Part shown: positions 23,048 to 34,681 of the stretch, piece by piece
Layout: the number at the start of each line of letters is the position of its first letter
Numbering within the stretch: position 1 is the first letter of the stretch
Assembly: GCA_963768995.1 (NCBI GenBank)
Contig: CAVYKA010000005.1
Span: 17,513 to 81,512 of the forward strand
DNA length: 64,000 nt
Direction: 5' to 3'
Source: an uncultured Alphaproteobacteria bacterium
Lineage (GTDB): Bacteria > Pseudomonadota > Alphaproteobacteria > Sphingomonadales > Sphingomonadaceae
Notes under the pieces: generated by a model
What the model was told of the DNA's origin: nothing
The model's database searches: none
Seen by the model: the letters and a program-made list of their open reading frames with translations, nothing else
Translations under genes and position numbers: made by a program

Positions 23048-23612
23048 ATGAGCTTGATCGTCAATCGCTTCCGCCGCACTTCTCAGGCTGCGCACCACGC
23101 CGGCGCCGAGCCCGCAGGACCAATTCTTCGCCGCGCTTTCGAGCCATTGCGGCAGACGCTCGTCAGGGCCGGCTCGTCGCAACGACGCGCAGGACGCGGA
23201 CATGGCCGCCAAGCCGATGATCGCGCGGTTCGCGCAGCTGCGCCGGCGAATGAAGTGCGCATCAATTTCGCGGTCGGCGACGACACGTCGCGCAACTGGG
23301 TGATCACGCGCATCGCCCGGCGGCCTTCGCCTCAAGCACGTCCATCTCCACAAGGACGGCACCGAGGACGAACTGTCGCGCTACGGCGGCGACACGCGCT
23401 TCGCCCGGGACCGCGGCGCGGCAGGAATTCCCCGCCGACGCTTTTTCCCAGGACCTGTTCACCCGCCGCAAGACGCCGCAGTCGAACGCCAATGTCTGGG
23501 CGATCGAGGTCCGTGGCCGGGCCAATGCTTCGCCTACGAACTGCGCCGTCCCGGCCGCTTCTTCCGGGTCGAATTCGATCAGAAGCCAAGGCCGCAACTG
23601 CCGATTCAATAG
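23048..23612 (+). CDS. Hypothetical exported/lipoprotein (reconstructed across many frameshifts)
   Basis: Hydrophobic N-terminus, QDQFFAALSSHCG, VGDDTSRNWVIT, LRLKHVHLHKDGTEDELSRYGGD, QEFPADAFS, NVWAIE, YELRRPGRFFRVEFD. Confidence 0.55.
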
Positions 23613-23617
23613 CTCGC

Positions 23618-23646
23618 TTGCCGCGCGGCGGCCGTTGGGCCTATAT
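23618..23646 (+). promoter_or_regulatory. Sigma70-type promoter of rimP-nusA operon
   Basis: TTGCCG-N17-CTATAT, resembles alphaproteobacterial TTGACN-N17-CTATAT. Confidence 0.5.
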
Positions 23647-23745
23647 CCCGCTCTCTCTCCTCGACATCGTCAATGATGCTGAGGCTGGTTCCCACCCCGG
23701 GGGCCGGTCCGAGAGCCGTTTTGTATTCATCGCTCACGGAGCCGC

Positions 23746-24286
23746 ATGACCGACACTGCCGCACTGACCGCGCTGATCGAGCCCGAGGTCGAAAGCCTCG
23801 GCTATGGGCTGGTGCGCGTGGCGATGATCGGCGGCACCAGCGATCCGACGCTGCAGGTCATGGCCGAGCGCCCCGACACGCGCCAGCTGGCGCTCGAGGA
23901 TTGCGAGCGCATCTCGCGCGCGCTGTCGGAAAAGCTCGACGCGCTCGAAGCCGAGGGCCGCGACCCGATCGACGGCGCCTACCGCCTCGAAGTCTCGTCG
24001 CCGGGCATCGACCGCCCGCTGACCCGGCTCACGGATTTCGCCGACTGGGCCGGCCATGAAGCGCGCGTGAAGCTCGCCGCACACCGTCGACGGCGCCAAG
24101 CAGGTTTCGGGCGTGATCGAAGGCGTCGAGGACGACATCGTCAGCATCGGCTCGCCCAAGGGCGCCCGCGCCATCCCGTTCGCCGCCATCGCCTCGGCCA
24201 AGCTGGTCTTGACCGACAAGCTCATCAAAGCCACCGCGCCGCTCAGCACCGAGGGCGCCGATACCATCCTGACCCAAGAGGACTGA
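23746..24286 (+). CDS. rimP: Ribosome maturation factor RimP
   Basis: LQVMAERP, EDCERISR, YRLEVSSPGIDRPLT. Confidence 0.92.
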
Positions 24287-24292
24287 TCCACC

Positions 24293-25938
24293 ATGGCCAC
24301 TGCTGCCCCAACGTCCGCCGTCAGCGCCAACAAGGCCGAGCTGATCGCCATCGCCGACGCCGTCGCGCGCGAGAAACTGATCGACCGCGCGATCGTCATC
24401 GAGGCGATGGAAGACGCGATCCAGCGCGCCGCCCGCGCCCGCTACGGCGCCGAGAACGACATCCGCGCCAAGCTCGACGCCGAGACCGGCGACCTTCGCC
24501 TGTGGCGCGTCCTCGAAGTGGTCGAGGAGCCCGAGGATCATTTCAAGCAGGTCGACGTCGAAGGGCGCGCAAAAGCTCGAGAAGGGCGCCGCGATCGGGC
24601 GACTTCATCGTCGACCCGCTGCCGCCGATCGAGTTCGGCCGGATCGCCGCCCAGGCTGCCAAGCAGGTCATCTTCCAGAAGGTCCGCGACGCCGAGCGCG
24701 AGCGCCAGTATCGAGGAGTTCAAGGACCGCGCCAACGAAGTCATCACCGGCGTCGTCAAGCGAGTCGAGTTCGGCCACGTCGTCGTCGACCTTGGCCGCG
24801 CCGAGGGCGTCATCCGCCGCGACCAGCAGATCCCGCGCGAAATGGTCCGCGTCGGCGACCGCATCCGCTCGCTGATCTCCGCCGTTCGCCGCGAAGCCCG
24901 CGGCCCGCAGATCTTCCTCTCGCGCGCCCACCCCGAGTTCATGAAAAAGCTGTTCGCGCAGGAAGTGCCCGAGATTTACGACGGCATCATCGAGATCAAG
25001 GCCGCCGCCCGCGACCCCGGCAGCCGCGCCAAGATCGGCGTCATCAGCCACGACAGCTCGATCGACCCGGTCGGCGCCTGCGTCGGCATGAAGGGCAGCC
25101 GCGTCCAGGCGGTGGTCCAGGAGCTTCAGGGCGAAAAGATCGACATCATCCCCTGGTCGGAGGACCTCGCGACCTTCGTCGTCAACGCGCCTCCAGCCGG
25201 CGACCGTCAGCCGGGTCGTGATCGACGAGGAGGAAAGCCGCATCGAAGTCGTCGTTCCCGACGATCAATTGAGCCTCGCGATCGGCCGCCGCGGCCAGAA
25301 CGTCCGCCTCGCCAGCCAGCTGACCAGCAGCCAGATCGACATTTTGACCGAGGCCGACGCCAGCGAGAAGCGCCAGCGCGAGTTCGTCGAGCGCTCCGAG
25401 ATGTTCCAGACCGAGCTCGACGTCGACGAGACGCTGTCCCAGCTGCTGGTCGCCGAAGGCTTCACCAGCCTCGAGGAAGTCGCCTACGTCCAGCTCGACG
25501 AGATCGCCTCGATCGAGGGACTCGACGACGACATCGCGGCCGAACTTCAGAACCGCGCCGCCGAAGCGCTCGAGCGGCGCGAAGCCGCGTCGCGCGAGGA
25601 GCGCCGCAAGCTCGGCGTCGACGACGCGCTGGCCGAGATGCCGCATCTGACCGAGCAGATGCTGGTGACCTTGGGCAAGGCCAACATCCGCACGCTCGAC
25701 GACCTCGCCGATCTCGCGACCGACGAGCTGGTCCAGAAAAAGCGCGTCGAGCCGCGCCGCCGCGAGCCGAGCACGCGCCCCGAGGACAAGGGCGGCCTGC
25801 TCGCCGAATATGGCCTCAGCGAAGAGCAGGGCAATGAGATCATCATGGCCGCCCGCGCCCACTGGTTCGAGGACGAGGACCAGGCCGCTGCCGAAGCCTG
25901 CAACCGGGGAGGACGCGGTTGCGGAAAACGAGCAATGA
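24293..25938 (+). CDS. nusA: Transcription factor NusA (frameshifted)
   Basis: [69 protein letters not shown]. Confidence 0.95.
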
Positions 25939-26637
25939 TACGGTAGCGACTGCGCCGTCCCGCGAACGCGAGGCGGACCCCGAACGCACCTGCATCCTGA
26001 CCCGCGCCAAGGGCAGCCGCGACGACGTTCATCCGTCTCGCGCTCGGCCCCGACGGCCAGGTCGCGCCCGACGTCCGCGCCCGGGCGCCGGGCCGCGGCG
26101 CGTGGATCTCGGTCGGCCGGCCGAGCTCGACGACGCCAATGCCAAGGGCAAGCTCAAGGGCGCACTGCAGCGCGCCTTCAAGACCCAGGCGCTCAGCGTC
26201 CCCGCCGATCTCGGCGCCCGGATCGAGGCCGCGCTGCGCCAGACCGCGCTCGACCGGCTCGGCATGGAAGCGCGCTCGGGCAAGCTGATCAACGGCTGCC
26301 GACAAGGTCGAGACCGCCGCCCGCGCCGGCAAGGTTCAGCCTGCTGATCCACGCCGCCGACGCGGGCGAGGACGGCCGCCGCGCGCTCGACCAGGCGTGG
26401 CGCGTGGGCGGCGGCGAGCCGCGCGGGGTGATTTTCCCCGAAGCCCGCCCTATCTTGTCCGTGGCGCTTGGACGCGAAAATGTGGTACATGTCGCGCTGA
26501 CTGATCCCGCTGCCGCGGCGCGTGTGGCCCACGCGCTTGCCCGGTGGCGGAATTTCACTGGCCCCGATTGTGGTCCGGAAGGCGGTGAACCCGCCTTGAG
26601 GACCGGCTCGGCTGAAGACGATTTGACGAAGGATTAG
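25919..26637 (+). CDS. DUF448/YlxR-family RNA-binding protein (frameshifted)
   Basis: [33 protein letters not shown]; nusA-infB position. Confidence 0.8.
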
Positions 26638-26638
26638 A

Positions 26639-29172
26639 ATGGTAGACCAGACCGAAAAGCCGAAGCTTGGCACCCGGCCGCCGCTGGGCACTCAAGCGCA
26701 CGGTCGAGACCGGCAAGGTCAAGCAGAGCTTCAGCCACGGCCGCTCGAACACGGTCGTCGTCGAGGTCAAGAAGCGCCGCATCCTCGGCCGTCCGGGCGA
26801 TCCGCCGCCGGCCGAAGCGCCCAAGCCCGAGCCGGTCGCCGCAACGCCCGCGCCCGCGCCCGGCCGACGCCGGCACCGCCGCCCGCGGCGCGCCGTGCCG
26901 CGATCGACGACATTACGGCGCGCAAGGAAATGCAGACCCGCCTGCTGCGCGAGGCCGAGGAAGCGCGCATGACTGCGCTCGAGGACGCGCGCCGCCGCGA
27001 GGAGCAGCGCCAAGAGCTCGGCCAACGACGAGGAGCGCAGGCGCGCCGAGGAAAATCGCCGGCCGAGGAAGCCGCTGCCGAGGAGGCCGCCCGCCGCGCC
27101 GAGGAAGAAGCCCGCGCGCTGACCGAGCCGCAGCCCGACGAAGCGCCGGCCGCCGAACCGTTTCGCCCGGCGAGGCCGACCGTCAGGGCGAGGACGAACG
27201 CCGCTTCACCCGCCCCGCGGGTGCTCCGTCCCACGCGCCCAAGCGCGCCGAGCCGTCACGCCCGGGCCGCGCCCGCGAGGATCATCGCAAGGCCGGCAAG
27301 CTGACCGTCAGCCGCGCTTTGTCGGGCGAGGACGACAGCCGCGCCCGCAGCCTCGCCGCGCTGCGCCGCGCGCGCGAAAAGGAAAAGCGCGCCCACCAGT
27401 CGTCCGGACCGTCGGCCAAGCAGGTCCGCGACGTCGTCGTGCCCGAGGCGATCACCGTCCAGGAGCTGGCCAACCGCATGGCCGAGCGCGGCGCCGACCT
27501 GGTCAAAGCATTGTTCAAGATGGGCATGCCGGTGACGCTCACCCAGACCATCGACCAGGACACCGCCGAGCTGCTGGTCACCGAGTTCGGGCACACCATC
27601 AAGCGCGTCAGCGAAGCCGATGTCGACATCGACAGCGCGGCCGACGTGGACGAGGCGGGAACGCTCGTTCCGCGCCCGCCGGTGGTCACGATCATGGGCC
27701 ATGTCGATCACGGCAAGACCTCGCTGCTCGACGCCATCCGCGGCGCCGACGTCGTCTCCGGGGAATCGGGCGGGATCACCCAGCATATCGGCGCCTATCA
27801 GGTGACGCTGCCGGACGAATCCAAGGTCACCTTCCTCGACACGCCGGGCCACGAAGCGTTCACCGAAATGCGCATGCGCGGCGCCAATGTCACCGACATC
27901 GTCGTGCTCGTGGTCGCCGCCGACGACGGCCTTCGCCCGCAAACCATCGAGGCGATCAACCACACCAAGGCGGCCGGCGTGCCGATGATCGTCGCGATCA
28001 ACAAGATCGATAAGCCCGAAGCCAAGGCGCAAAAGGTCCGCGAGGAGCTTCTCCAGCATGAGATCATCGTCGAGGAGATGGGCGGCGACGTTCAGAACGT
28101 CGAAGTTTCCGCGACCAAGAAAACCAATCTCGACAAGCTGCTCGAGGCGATCCACCTGCAGGCCGAAATCCTCGAACTGAAGGCCAATCCCGACCGCGCC
28201 GCCGAAGGCACTGTCGTCGAAGCCAAGCTCGACAAGGGCCGCGGGCCGCTCGCCACCATTCTCGTCGAGCGCGGCACGCTGCGCGTCGGCGATGTGTTCG
28301 TTGCCGGCGCATCGAGCGGCAAGGTCCGCGCGATGATCGACGACAAGGGCCGCCAGTTGAAGGAAGCCGGTCCGGCAATGCCGGTCGAGGTTCTCGGCCT
28401 CGGCGCGGTCCCGTCGGCCGGCGACGCCTTCACGGTCGTCGAAAATGAGGCGCGCGCACGCGAAGTCGCCGCCTATCGCCAGAGCGTGATGGACCGCAAG
28501 CGGACCACATCGGCGCCGATCAGCCTCGAAAATATGTTCGCCAACCACGCCTCGACGACCATGGAATTCCCGATGGTCGTCAAGGCCGATGTCCACGGCT
28601 CGGTCGAGGCGATCGTCCACGCGCTCCACCGCATCTCGACCGACGAGATCAAGGTCCGGGTGCTTCATTCGGGCGTCGGCGCGATCACCGAAAGCGACGT
28701 CACGCTGGCGAGCGCGAGCGGCGCGCCGATCATCGGCTTCAACGTCCGTCCCAACGCCAAGGCGCGAGAAGTCGCGGCTCGGTCAAAGGTCGAGTTTCGC
28801 TATTACGACGTCATCTATCACCTGACCGACTGGGTGAAGCAGGCGATGGCCGGCGAGCTCGGCCCGGAGATCATCGAAACGATCGTCGGCCGTGCCCGCG
28901 TTCAGGAAGTCTTTCCCGCCGGCAAGCGCGACAAGGCCGCCGGACTGCTCGTCCTCGAAGGCAATATCCGCAAGGGGCTCAATGCCCGGCTCACGCGCGA
29001 AGACGTCATCGTGTCGAAGACCACGATCTCGTCGCTGCGCCGGTTCAAGGACGACGTCGCCGAAGTTGCTTCCGGCCTCGAATGCGGCGTCATGCTGGCC
29101 GACACCAACGACATCAAGGCCGGCGACATGCTCGAGGTGTTCGAAGTGGAGGAACGGGCTCGTACACTTTGA
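26639..29172 (+). CDS. infB: Translation initiation factor IF-2 (N-terminal part frameshifted)
   Basis: [20 protein letters not shown]; [31 protein letters not shown]. Confidence 0.96.
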
Positions 29173-29210
29173 TTATTCCCCCTGCCGCGCGTGGCAGGGG
29201 AGGAGCTTAA

Positions 29211-29603
29211 ATGCGCAAGATCGAAACCCCCGAAGGCCGCTCGGTCCGACTGCTCCGCATCGGCGAGCAGGTGCGCCATGTGCTCGCGGAAATATTGATG
29301 CGCGGCGAGGTCCATGACGACACGCTCGCTTCACATTTGATCAGCGTCACCGAGGTCCGCATGTCGCCCGACCTGCGCCACGCCACTGTTTTCGTGAAGC
29401 CTTTGCTCGGCCAGGACGAGGAAGTGGTGCTCAAAGCTCTTCGTACCCACACCGCCTTTTTCCAGCGCGAGGTCGCGCGGCGGGTGGTCACCAAATATGC
29501 CGCAAAGATTCGCTTCCGCGCGGACGAAAGTTTCGACGAGGGCAACCGCATCGACGCCATTCTCCGCTCGGACAAGGTCGCGCAGGATATCAAGGACGGA
29601 TAA
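29211..29603 (+). CDS. rbfA: Ribosome-binding factor A
   Basis: [37 protein letters not shown]. Confidence 0.94.
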   Translation: MRKIETPEGRSVRLLRIGEQVRHVLAEILMRGEVHDDTLASHLISVTEVRMSPDLRHATVFVKPLLGQDEEVVLKALRTHTAFFQREVARRVVTKYAAKIRFRADESFDEGNRIDAILRSDKVAQDIKDG

Positions 29604-30319
29604 TGCGCGCACTTTTCGCTGCCTTATTGTCGTCGGCCGCCGCGGAAATGCCGGAACCGCCGGAAGTCACTTTTCCCCGGCTGCCCCAAACCGCCGCGAG
29701 CGAAGCCGCAATCGTCCCGGCCGGCTGGAAGATCGTCGAGCGCCAGGCCGGCGACCTCAATGGTGACGGCAAAAGCGACCTTGCTTTGCTGCTCAAGATG
29801 GACAGCAAGGCCAACGTCCTGCCGATCCCGGACAGCAGCCCTCCGGCGACCCTCGATACCAACCCGTTTTTGCTCGCAATTGCCTTTGCCGAAGGCGGCG
29901 GCGGATATCGCGTCACGGGCAGCAGCCGCGGAATTTTCCGGCGCGTCGAATTCCCGCACAGCGGGGATCTTCCGCCAGGGGAAGGCGACAGCGTGCGGAT
30001 CGAGCGCGGGACATTGTTGCTGTCCAACGAATATCTGCGTGGCCATGAAAGCTACCGCTTTCGCTGGGAAAAAGACGCGTTTCGGCTGATCGGCTATGAA
30101 ACGGGCGGTTCGTCCGGCGGCTGCGCGGAGACGATCAGCATCAATTACCTGACCGGCAAAGCGCGGTGGGAAAACACGCCGATCAGGAAGGACAAAGGCG
30201 CCGCCGTGGCGCGGCGCGTGAAGCCGGGCCCACTCCTGACCCTCGAAAGTTTCGACGATGGGAACTTCATCCCTTCGGACACGATTGCCGGCGAACCTCC
30301 GCCCTGCGACGCGCAATGA
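29603..30319 (+). CDS. Hypothetical exported protein with DxNxDGxxD motif
   Basis: Uninterrupted 238-aa ORF overlapping rbfA stop; GDLNGDGKSD; FRLIGY, SINYLTG. Confidence 0.65.
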   Translation: MRALFAALLSSAAAEMPEPPEVTFPRLPQTAASEAAIVPAGWKIVERQAGDLNGDGKSDLALLLKMDSKANVLPIPDSSPPATLDTNPFLLAIAFAEGGGGYRVTGSSRGIFRRVEFPHSGDLPPGEGDSVRIERGTLLLSNEYLRGHESYRFRWEKDAFRLIGYETGGSSGGCAETISINYLTGKARWENTPIRKDKGAAVARRVKPGPLLTLESFDDGNFIPSDTIAGEPPPCDAQ

Positions 30320-30852
30320 TCGAGTGCCTGTCCGCGCCGATGACCGGCGAGGGGTGTCGCGCCGAATTGTTCGAAGAGCAGCATCGCGCCGCGCTCAAGG
30401 CCGCTTGCGCGGAAGACCACGACATCTGGTCGATCTTTGCCAACAATTTCGGCCCCGAGGGCTTTGACGAAAGCGTCGATTTCTACCGGTCAAGCGCGCG
30501 CAACCGCATGTTCGTGCTGTTCGACGGCGACGATTTCGCTGGAATGTCGAGCTTTCTCGGAATTGATGAACACCGCCAGTGCGTTGAAATCGGCGGCACT
30601 TATTACCGCCCGCATTTGCGCGGCACCGGCTTCAACCGCCGCGTCAAGGACATGATGCTGAAGCGCGCTTTCGATTGCGGAATCCGCCGGGTCGAGTTCC
30701 GGGTCGACGCCCGCAACGACCGTAGCCAGGCGGCGATGACCAAGCTCGGCGCGGTTCGCGAAGGCGTGCTCCGCGCCGACCGCATCACCTGGAACGGCCA
30801 CGTCCGCGACACCGTGCTGTTTTCGATTCTGCGCGACGAATGGCCGGCCTGA
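30316..30852 (+). CDS. GNAT acetyltransferase (RimJ/RimL family)
   Basis: VEIGGTYY, RGTGFN, RRVEFRVDARNDRSQAAMTKLGAVREG, RDTVLFSILRDEW. Confidence 0.85.
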   Translation: MIECLSAPMTGEGCRAELFEEQHRAALKAACAEDHDIWSIFANNFGPEGFDESVDFYRSSARNRMFVLFDGDDFAGMSSFLGIDEHRQCVEIGGTYYRPHLRGTGFNRRVKDMMLKRAFDCGIRRVEFRVDARNDRSQAAMTKLGAVREGVLRADRITWNGHVRDTVLFSILRDEWPA

Positions 30853-31744
30853 TTGCTCCACGGCTGGATCATCCTCGACAAGCCAATTGGCCTCGGTTCG
30901 ACCCAGGCGGTCGGCGCGATCAAACGGCTGCTGCGCGAAGCCGGCGAGCCCAAGACCAAGGTCGGGCACGGCGGAACGCTCGATCCCCTGGCGAGTGGCG
31001 TACTGCCGATCGCGCTGGGGGAAGCGACCAAGCTCGCCGGCCGCATGCTCGATGCGAGCAAAGAATATGATTTCACGATAAGCTTCGGGGCGGAGACCGA
31101 CACGCTCGATGGCGAAGGGGAGGTTTTCGCGGCCAGCGACGTCCGCCCGACGCGGGCGCAGATCGAGGCGATCCTGCCGAGCTTCACCGGCCCGATCGAG
31201 CAAGTCCCGCCAGCCTATTCCGCGCTCAAGATCGATGGCAAACCCGCCTACGCCCGCGCCCGCGCCGGCGAACAGCTGGAGATGACGGCGAGGGAAGTCA
31301 CGATCCATTCGCTGTCAATTCGGGGCGGCGACGATGGAGCGGGTCAAGTCACCCTCTCTGCCACCGTTTCAAAAGGCACCTACATCCGCAGCCTCGCCCG
31401 CGACATCGCGCGCGCGCTCGGCACCGTCGGCCATGTCGCCATGCTGCGCCGCACCCGCGCCGGGCCCTTCGCGCTCGACGCCGCCGTTTCACTGGACTTT
31501 CTCGCGCAATCGGCTAGGGAGCGCGCACTGACGCGGGCGGTATTGCCGCTGCAAGCGGCGCTGGACGACATCCCGGCCCTCCCCGTCACTCCCGGCCAGG
31601 CCAGTCTGCTCGCTCATGGGCAGACGGCTTGCCGGTTTCCCCGAACAGCCGGGGCTTCTGTTGGCCATGGACGGCAACCGTCCGGTGGCTCTCGTCGAAG
31701 CCACGGCCGACGGCCTCACGGTCGTCCGGGGGTTCAACCTCTAA
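30853..31744 (+). CDS. truB: tRNA pseudouridine(55) synthase
   Basis: [38 protein letters not shown]; frameshift near 31625; ends VVRGFNL. Confidence 0.94.
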
Positions 31745-31760
31745 TTACAGGAGTACATCG

Positions 31761-32030
31761 ATGTCGATTACCGCCGAACGCAAGGCAGAAGTGATCAAGG
31801 ACCATGGCCGGGGCAAGGACGATACCGGTTCCCCCGAAGTCCAGGTCGCGATCCTGACCAGCCGAATCCAGACGCTGACCGACCATTTCAAGACCCACGC
31901 GAAGGACAATCACTCGCGCCGCGGTTTGCTGATGATGGTCAACAAGCGCCGGTCGCTGCTCGATTACCTCCGCCGCGAGGATGAGCAGCGCTACACCGAC
32001 CTGATCGCGAAATTGGGTCTCCGTAAGTAA
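31761..32030 (+). CDS. rpsO: 30S ribosomal protein S15
   Basis: [28 protein letters not shown]. Confidence 0.97.
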   Translation: MSITAERKAEVIKDHGRGKDDTGSPEVQVAILTSRIQTLTDHFKTHAKDNHSRRGLLMMVNKRRSLLDYLRREDEQRYTDLIAKLGLRK

Positions 32031-32037
32031 CTTTTTG

Positions 32038-32068
32038 AAAGGGCGCCCGTGCGGCGCCCTTTGCCTTT
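32038..32068 (+). terminator. Intrinsic terminator after rpsO
   Basis: AAAGGGCGCC-CGTGC-GGCGCCCTTT then GCCTTT. Confidence 0.7.
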
Positions 32069-32189
32069 GGAAATTCCCGCAATGAGGCGGGATGTCCGCG
32101 GGGCCGCAAATATGCCCCAACCGCTGGTGAGCCGGATGCTTGCCCAAGCTGTCCCGCCGGCATCTGGCCCGCGGGGTGAAGGAAATAAA

Positions 32190-34595
32190 ATGTTCGATAT
32201 CAAAACCGTAGAAATCGACCTCGGCGGCAAGACGCTGAAGCTCGAAACCGGGCGCGTCGCGCGCCAGGCCAATGGCGCCGTTCTCGCGACTTTGGGCGAA
32301 ACCGTCGTGCTGTGCGCCGTGACGGCCGCCAAGAGCGTCAAGCCGGGGCAGGACTTCTTCCCGCTGACCGTCCACTATCAGGAAAAATTCTCGGCCGCCG
32401 GGCGCATCCCGGGCGGCTTCTTCAAGCGCGAGCGCGGCGCGACCGAAAAGGAAACGCTGACCAGCCGCCTGATCGACCGCCCGATCCGCCCGCTGTTCCC
32501 GGACGGCTTCTACAATGAAGTCCTGGTGATCACGCAGGTCCTTTCCTACGACGGCGAGAACGAGCCTGACATCGTCGCGATGATCGGCGCGTCGGCCGCT
32601 CTGACCATTTCCGGCGTTCCGTTCATGGGGCCGATCGGCGCTGCCCGCGTCGGCTTCAAGGACGGCGAATATATCCTCAATCCGACGCAGACCGAAATCG
32701 CCGAGGGCGATCTCGACCTGGTCGTTGCCGGCACCATGAGCGCTGTGATGATGGTGGAATCCGAAGCCAAGGAGCTGTCGGAAGACGAGATGCTCAAGGC
32801 CGTGATGTTCGGCCATGCCGCATCGAAGAAGGTCTGCGAGGCCATCATCAGTCTTGCCGAACAGGCCGCCAAGGAGCCGTGGGAGCTGCCCGAAGACGAG
32901 GACAGCGAAACGCTGTTCGGCAAGCTCAAAGATCTCGCCGGGTCGGGCCTCGAGCAGGCCTATAAGCTGGTCGGCAAGGCCGAGCGCGTCGCCGCGATTG
33001 CCGCCGCCAAGACCCCGCTCAAGGAGTATCTGGTCGACGCCGAGCCCAACACCGCGATCAAAGCCGGCAAGCTCGCCAAGAAGCTCGAAGCCGCGATCGT
33101 CCGCAACGCGATCCTCAAGGAAGGCCGCCGCATCGACGGCCGCGACACCAAGACCGTTCGCCCGATCGAAGCGATGGTCGGTTTCCTTCCGCGCACGCAC
33201 GGCTCGGCGCTGTTCACCCGCGGCGAAACCCAGGCGATCGTCACCACCACGCTCGGCACCAAGGACTCCGAGCAGATGATCGACGGTCTCGAGGGCCTGA
33301 GCTACTCGCGCTTCATGCTGCACTATAACTTCCCGCCTTATTCGGTCGGTGAAGTGGGCCGCTTCGGCGCCCCGTCACGGCGCGAGACCGGCCACGGCAA
33401 GCTCGCCTGGCGCGCGCTTCGTCCGATGCTGCCGTCGAACGAGGAGTTCCCCTACACGATCCGCGTCCTGTCCGACATTACGGAGAGCAACGGCTCGTCG
33501 TCGATGGCCACGGTGTGCGGCGGAAGCCTCGCAATGATGGACGCCGGCGTGCCCCTCAAGCGCCCGGTCGCGGGCATTGCGATGGGCCTGATCCTCGAAG
33601 GCAAGGACTTCGCTGTGATCAGCGACATCCTCGGCGACGAGGATCATCTCGGCGACATGGACTTCAAGGTTGCGGGGACGTCGCAAGGCATCACCGCGCT
33701 GCAGATGGACATCAAGGTCGCCGGCATCACCGAGGAGATCATGAAGATCGCCCTCGCCCAGGCGAAGGACGGCCGCGAGCATATCCTCGGCGAAATGGCC
33801 AAGGCGCTCGGTGAAGTCCGCGGCGAGCTTTCCGCTCACGCGCCGCGCATCGAGACGATGCAGATCCCCAAGGACAAGATCCGCGAAGTCATCGGCACCG
33901 GCGGCAAGGTCATCCGCGAAATCGTCGCCGAGACCGGCGCCAAGGTCGACATCGACGACGAGGGCGTGATCAAGATCAGCTCGTCCGACGTCAGCCAGAT
34001 CGAGGCCGCGCGCAACTGGATCCGCGGCATCGTCGCAGAGCCGGAGCCGGGCACGATCTACACCGGCAAGGTTGCCAGCATCGTCGATTTCGGTGCCTTC
34101 GTGACCTTCATGCCGGGCAAGGACGGTCTCGTCCACGTCTCGGAAATCAAGAACGAGCGGGTCGAGAATGTCCGCGACGTCCTCTCCGAAGGGCAGGAGG
34201 TTAAGGTCAAGCTGGTCGAGGTCGACAGCCGAGGCAAGGTGCGCCTGTCGATGCGCCTGGTCGACCAGGAAACCGGCGCTGAGCTCGAAGACACCCGTCC
34301 GCCCCGCGAGCCGCGTGAAGGCGGCGATCGGGGGCCAAGAGGCGACCGTGATCGTGGTCCCCGCCGTGATGGCGGTGGTGGCCGTGACCGCGGCCCGCGT
34401 CGCGACGGTGGCGGCGGTGGACGTGGTGGCGAAGGTCGGGGCGGCGACCGCGATCGCGGACCGCGCCGCGAAGCTGGCGGCGAGGGACGCGGTGACAACC
34501 GCGACCGCGGTCCGCGTCAGGACCGCGACGGCGGCGATGGCGGCCCTGCGCCGGAATTCGCCCCCGCATTCCTGACCGGCGACAAGGAGGATTAA
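32190..34595 (+). CDS. pnp: Polyribonucleotide nucleotidyltransferase
   Basis: [52 protein letters not shown] and S1 domains, G/R/D-rich tail. Confidence 0.97.
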   Translation: MFDIKTVEIDLGGKTLKLETGRVARQANGAVLATLGETVVLCAVTAAKSVKPGQDFFPLTVHYQEKFSAAGRIPGGFFKRERGATEKETLTSRLIDRPIRPLFPDGFYNEVLVITQVLSYDGENEPDIVAMIGASAALTISGVPFMGPIGAARVGFKDGEYILNPTQTEIAEGDLDLVVAGTMSAVMMVESEAKELSEDEMLKAVMFGHAASKKVCEAIISLAEQAAKEPWELPEDEDSETLFGKLKDLAGSGLEQAYKLVGKAERVAAIAAAKTPLKEYLVDAEPNTAIKAGKLAKKLEAAIVRNAILKEGRRIDGRDTKTVRPIEAMVGFLPRTHGSALFTRGETQAIVTTTLGTKDSEQMIDGLEGLSYSRFMLHYNFPPYSVGEVGRFGAPSRRETGHGKLAWRALRPMLPSNEEFPYTIRVLSDITESNGSSSMATVCGGSLAMMDAGVPLKRPVAGIAMGLILEGKDFAVISDILGDEDHLGDMDFKVAGTSQGITALQMDIKVAGITEEIMKIALAQAKDGREHILGEMAKALGEVRGELSAHAPRIETMQIPKDKIREVIGTGGKVIREIVAETGAKVDIDDEGVIKISSSDVSQIEAARNWIRGIVAEPEPGTIYTGKVASIVDFGAFVTFMPGKDGLVHVSEIKNERVENVRDVLSEGQEVKVKLVEVDSRGKVRLSMRLVDQETGAELEDTRPPREPREGGDRGPRGDRDRGPRRDGGGGRDRGPRRDGGGGGRGGEGRGGDRDRGPRREAGGEGRGDNRDRGPRQDRDGGDGGPAPEFAPAFLTGDKED

Positions 34596-34648
34596 TCCTC
34601 CTCATCAGTCCCGGACTTGGTCCGGAGCCAGCCGGCTGTTGAAACAGG

Positions 34649-34681
34649 AAAGGCCCCGCAGCGATGCGGGGCCTTTTCTTT
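34649..34681. terminator. Bidirectional intrinsic terminator
   Basis: AAAGGCCCCGCA-GCGA-TGCGGGGCCTTTTCTTT between convergent genes. Confidence 0.8.

Noticed and set aside
23083-23609. Minus-strand ORFs upstream of rimP
   Set aside because: Plus-strand reconstruction gives a coherent exported protein; minus ORFs are its shadows
27256-33323. Long antisense ORFs opposite infB and pnp (also opposite hslU, recN, amidohydrolase)
   Set aside because: Shadow ORFs typical of high-GC codon bias; no motifs
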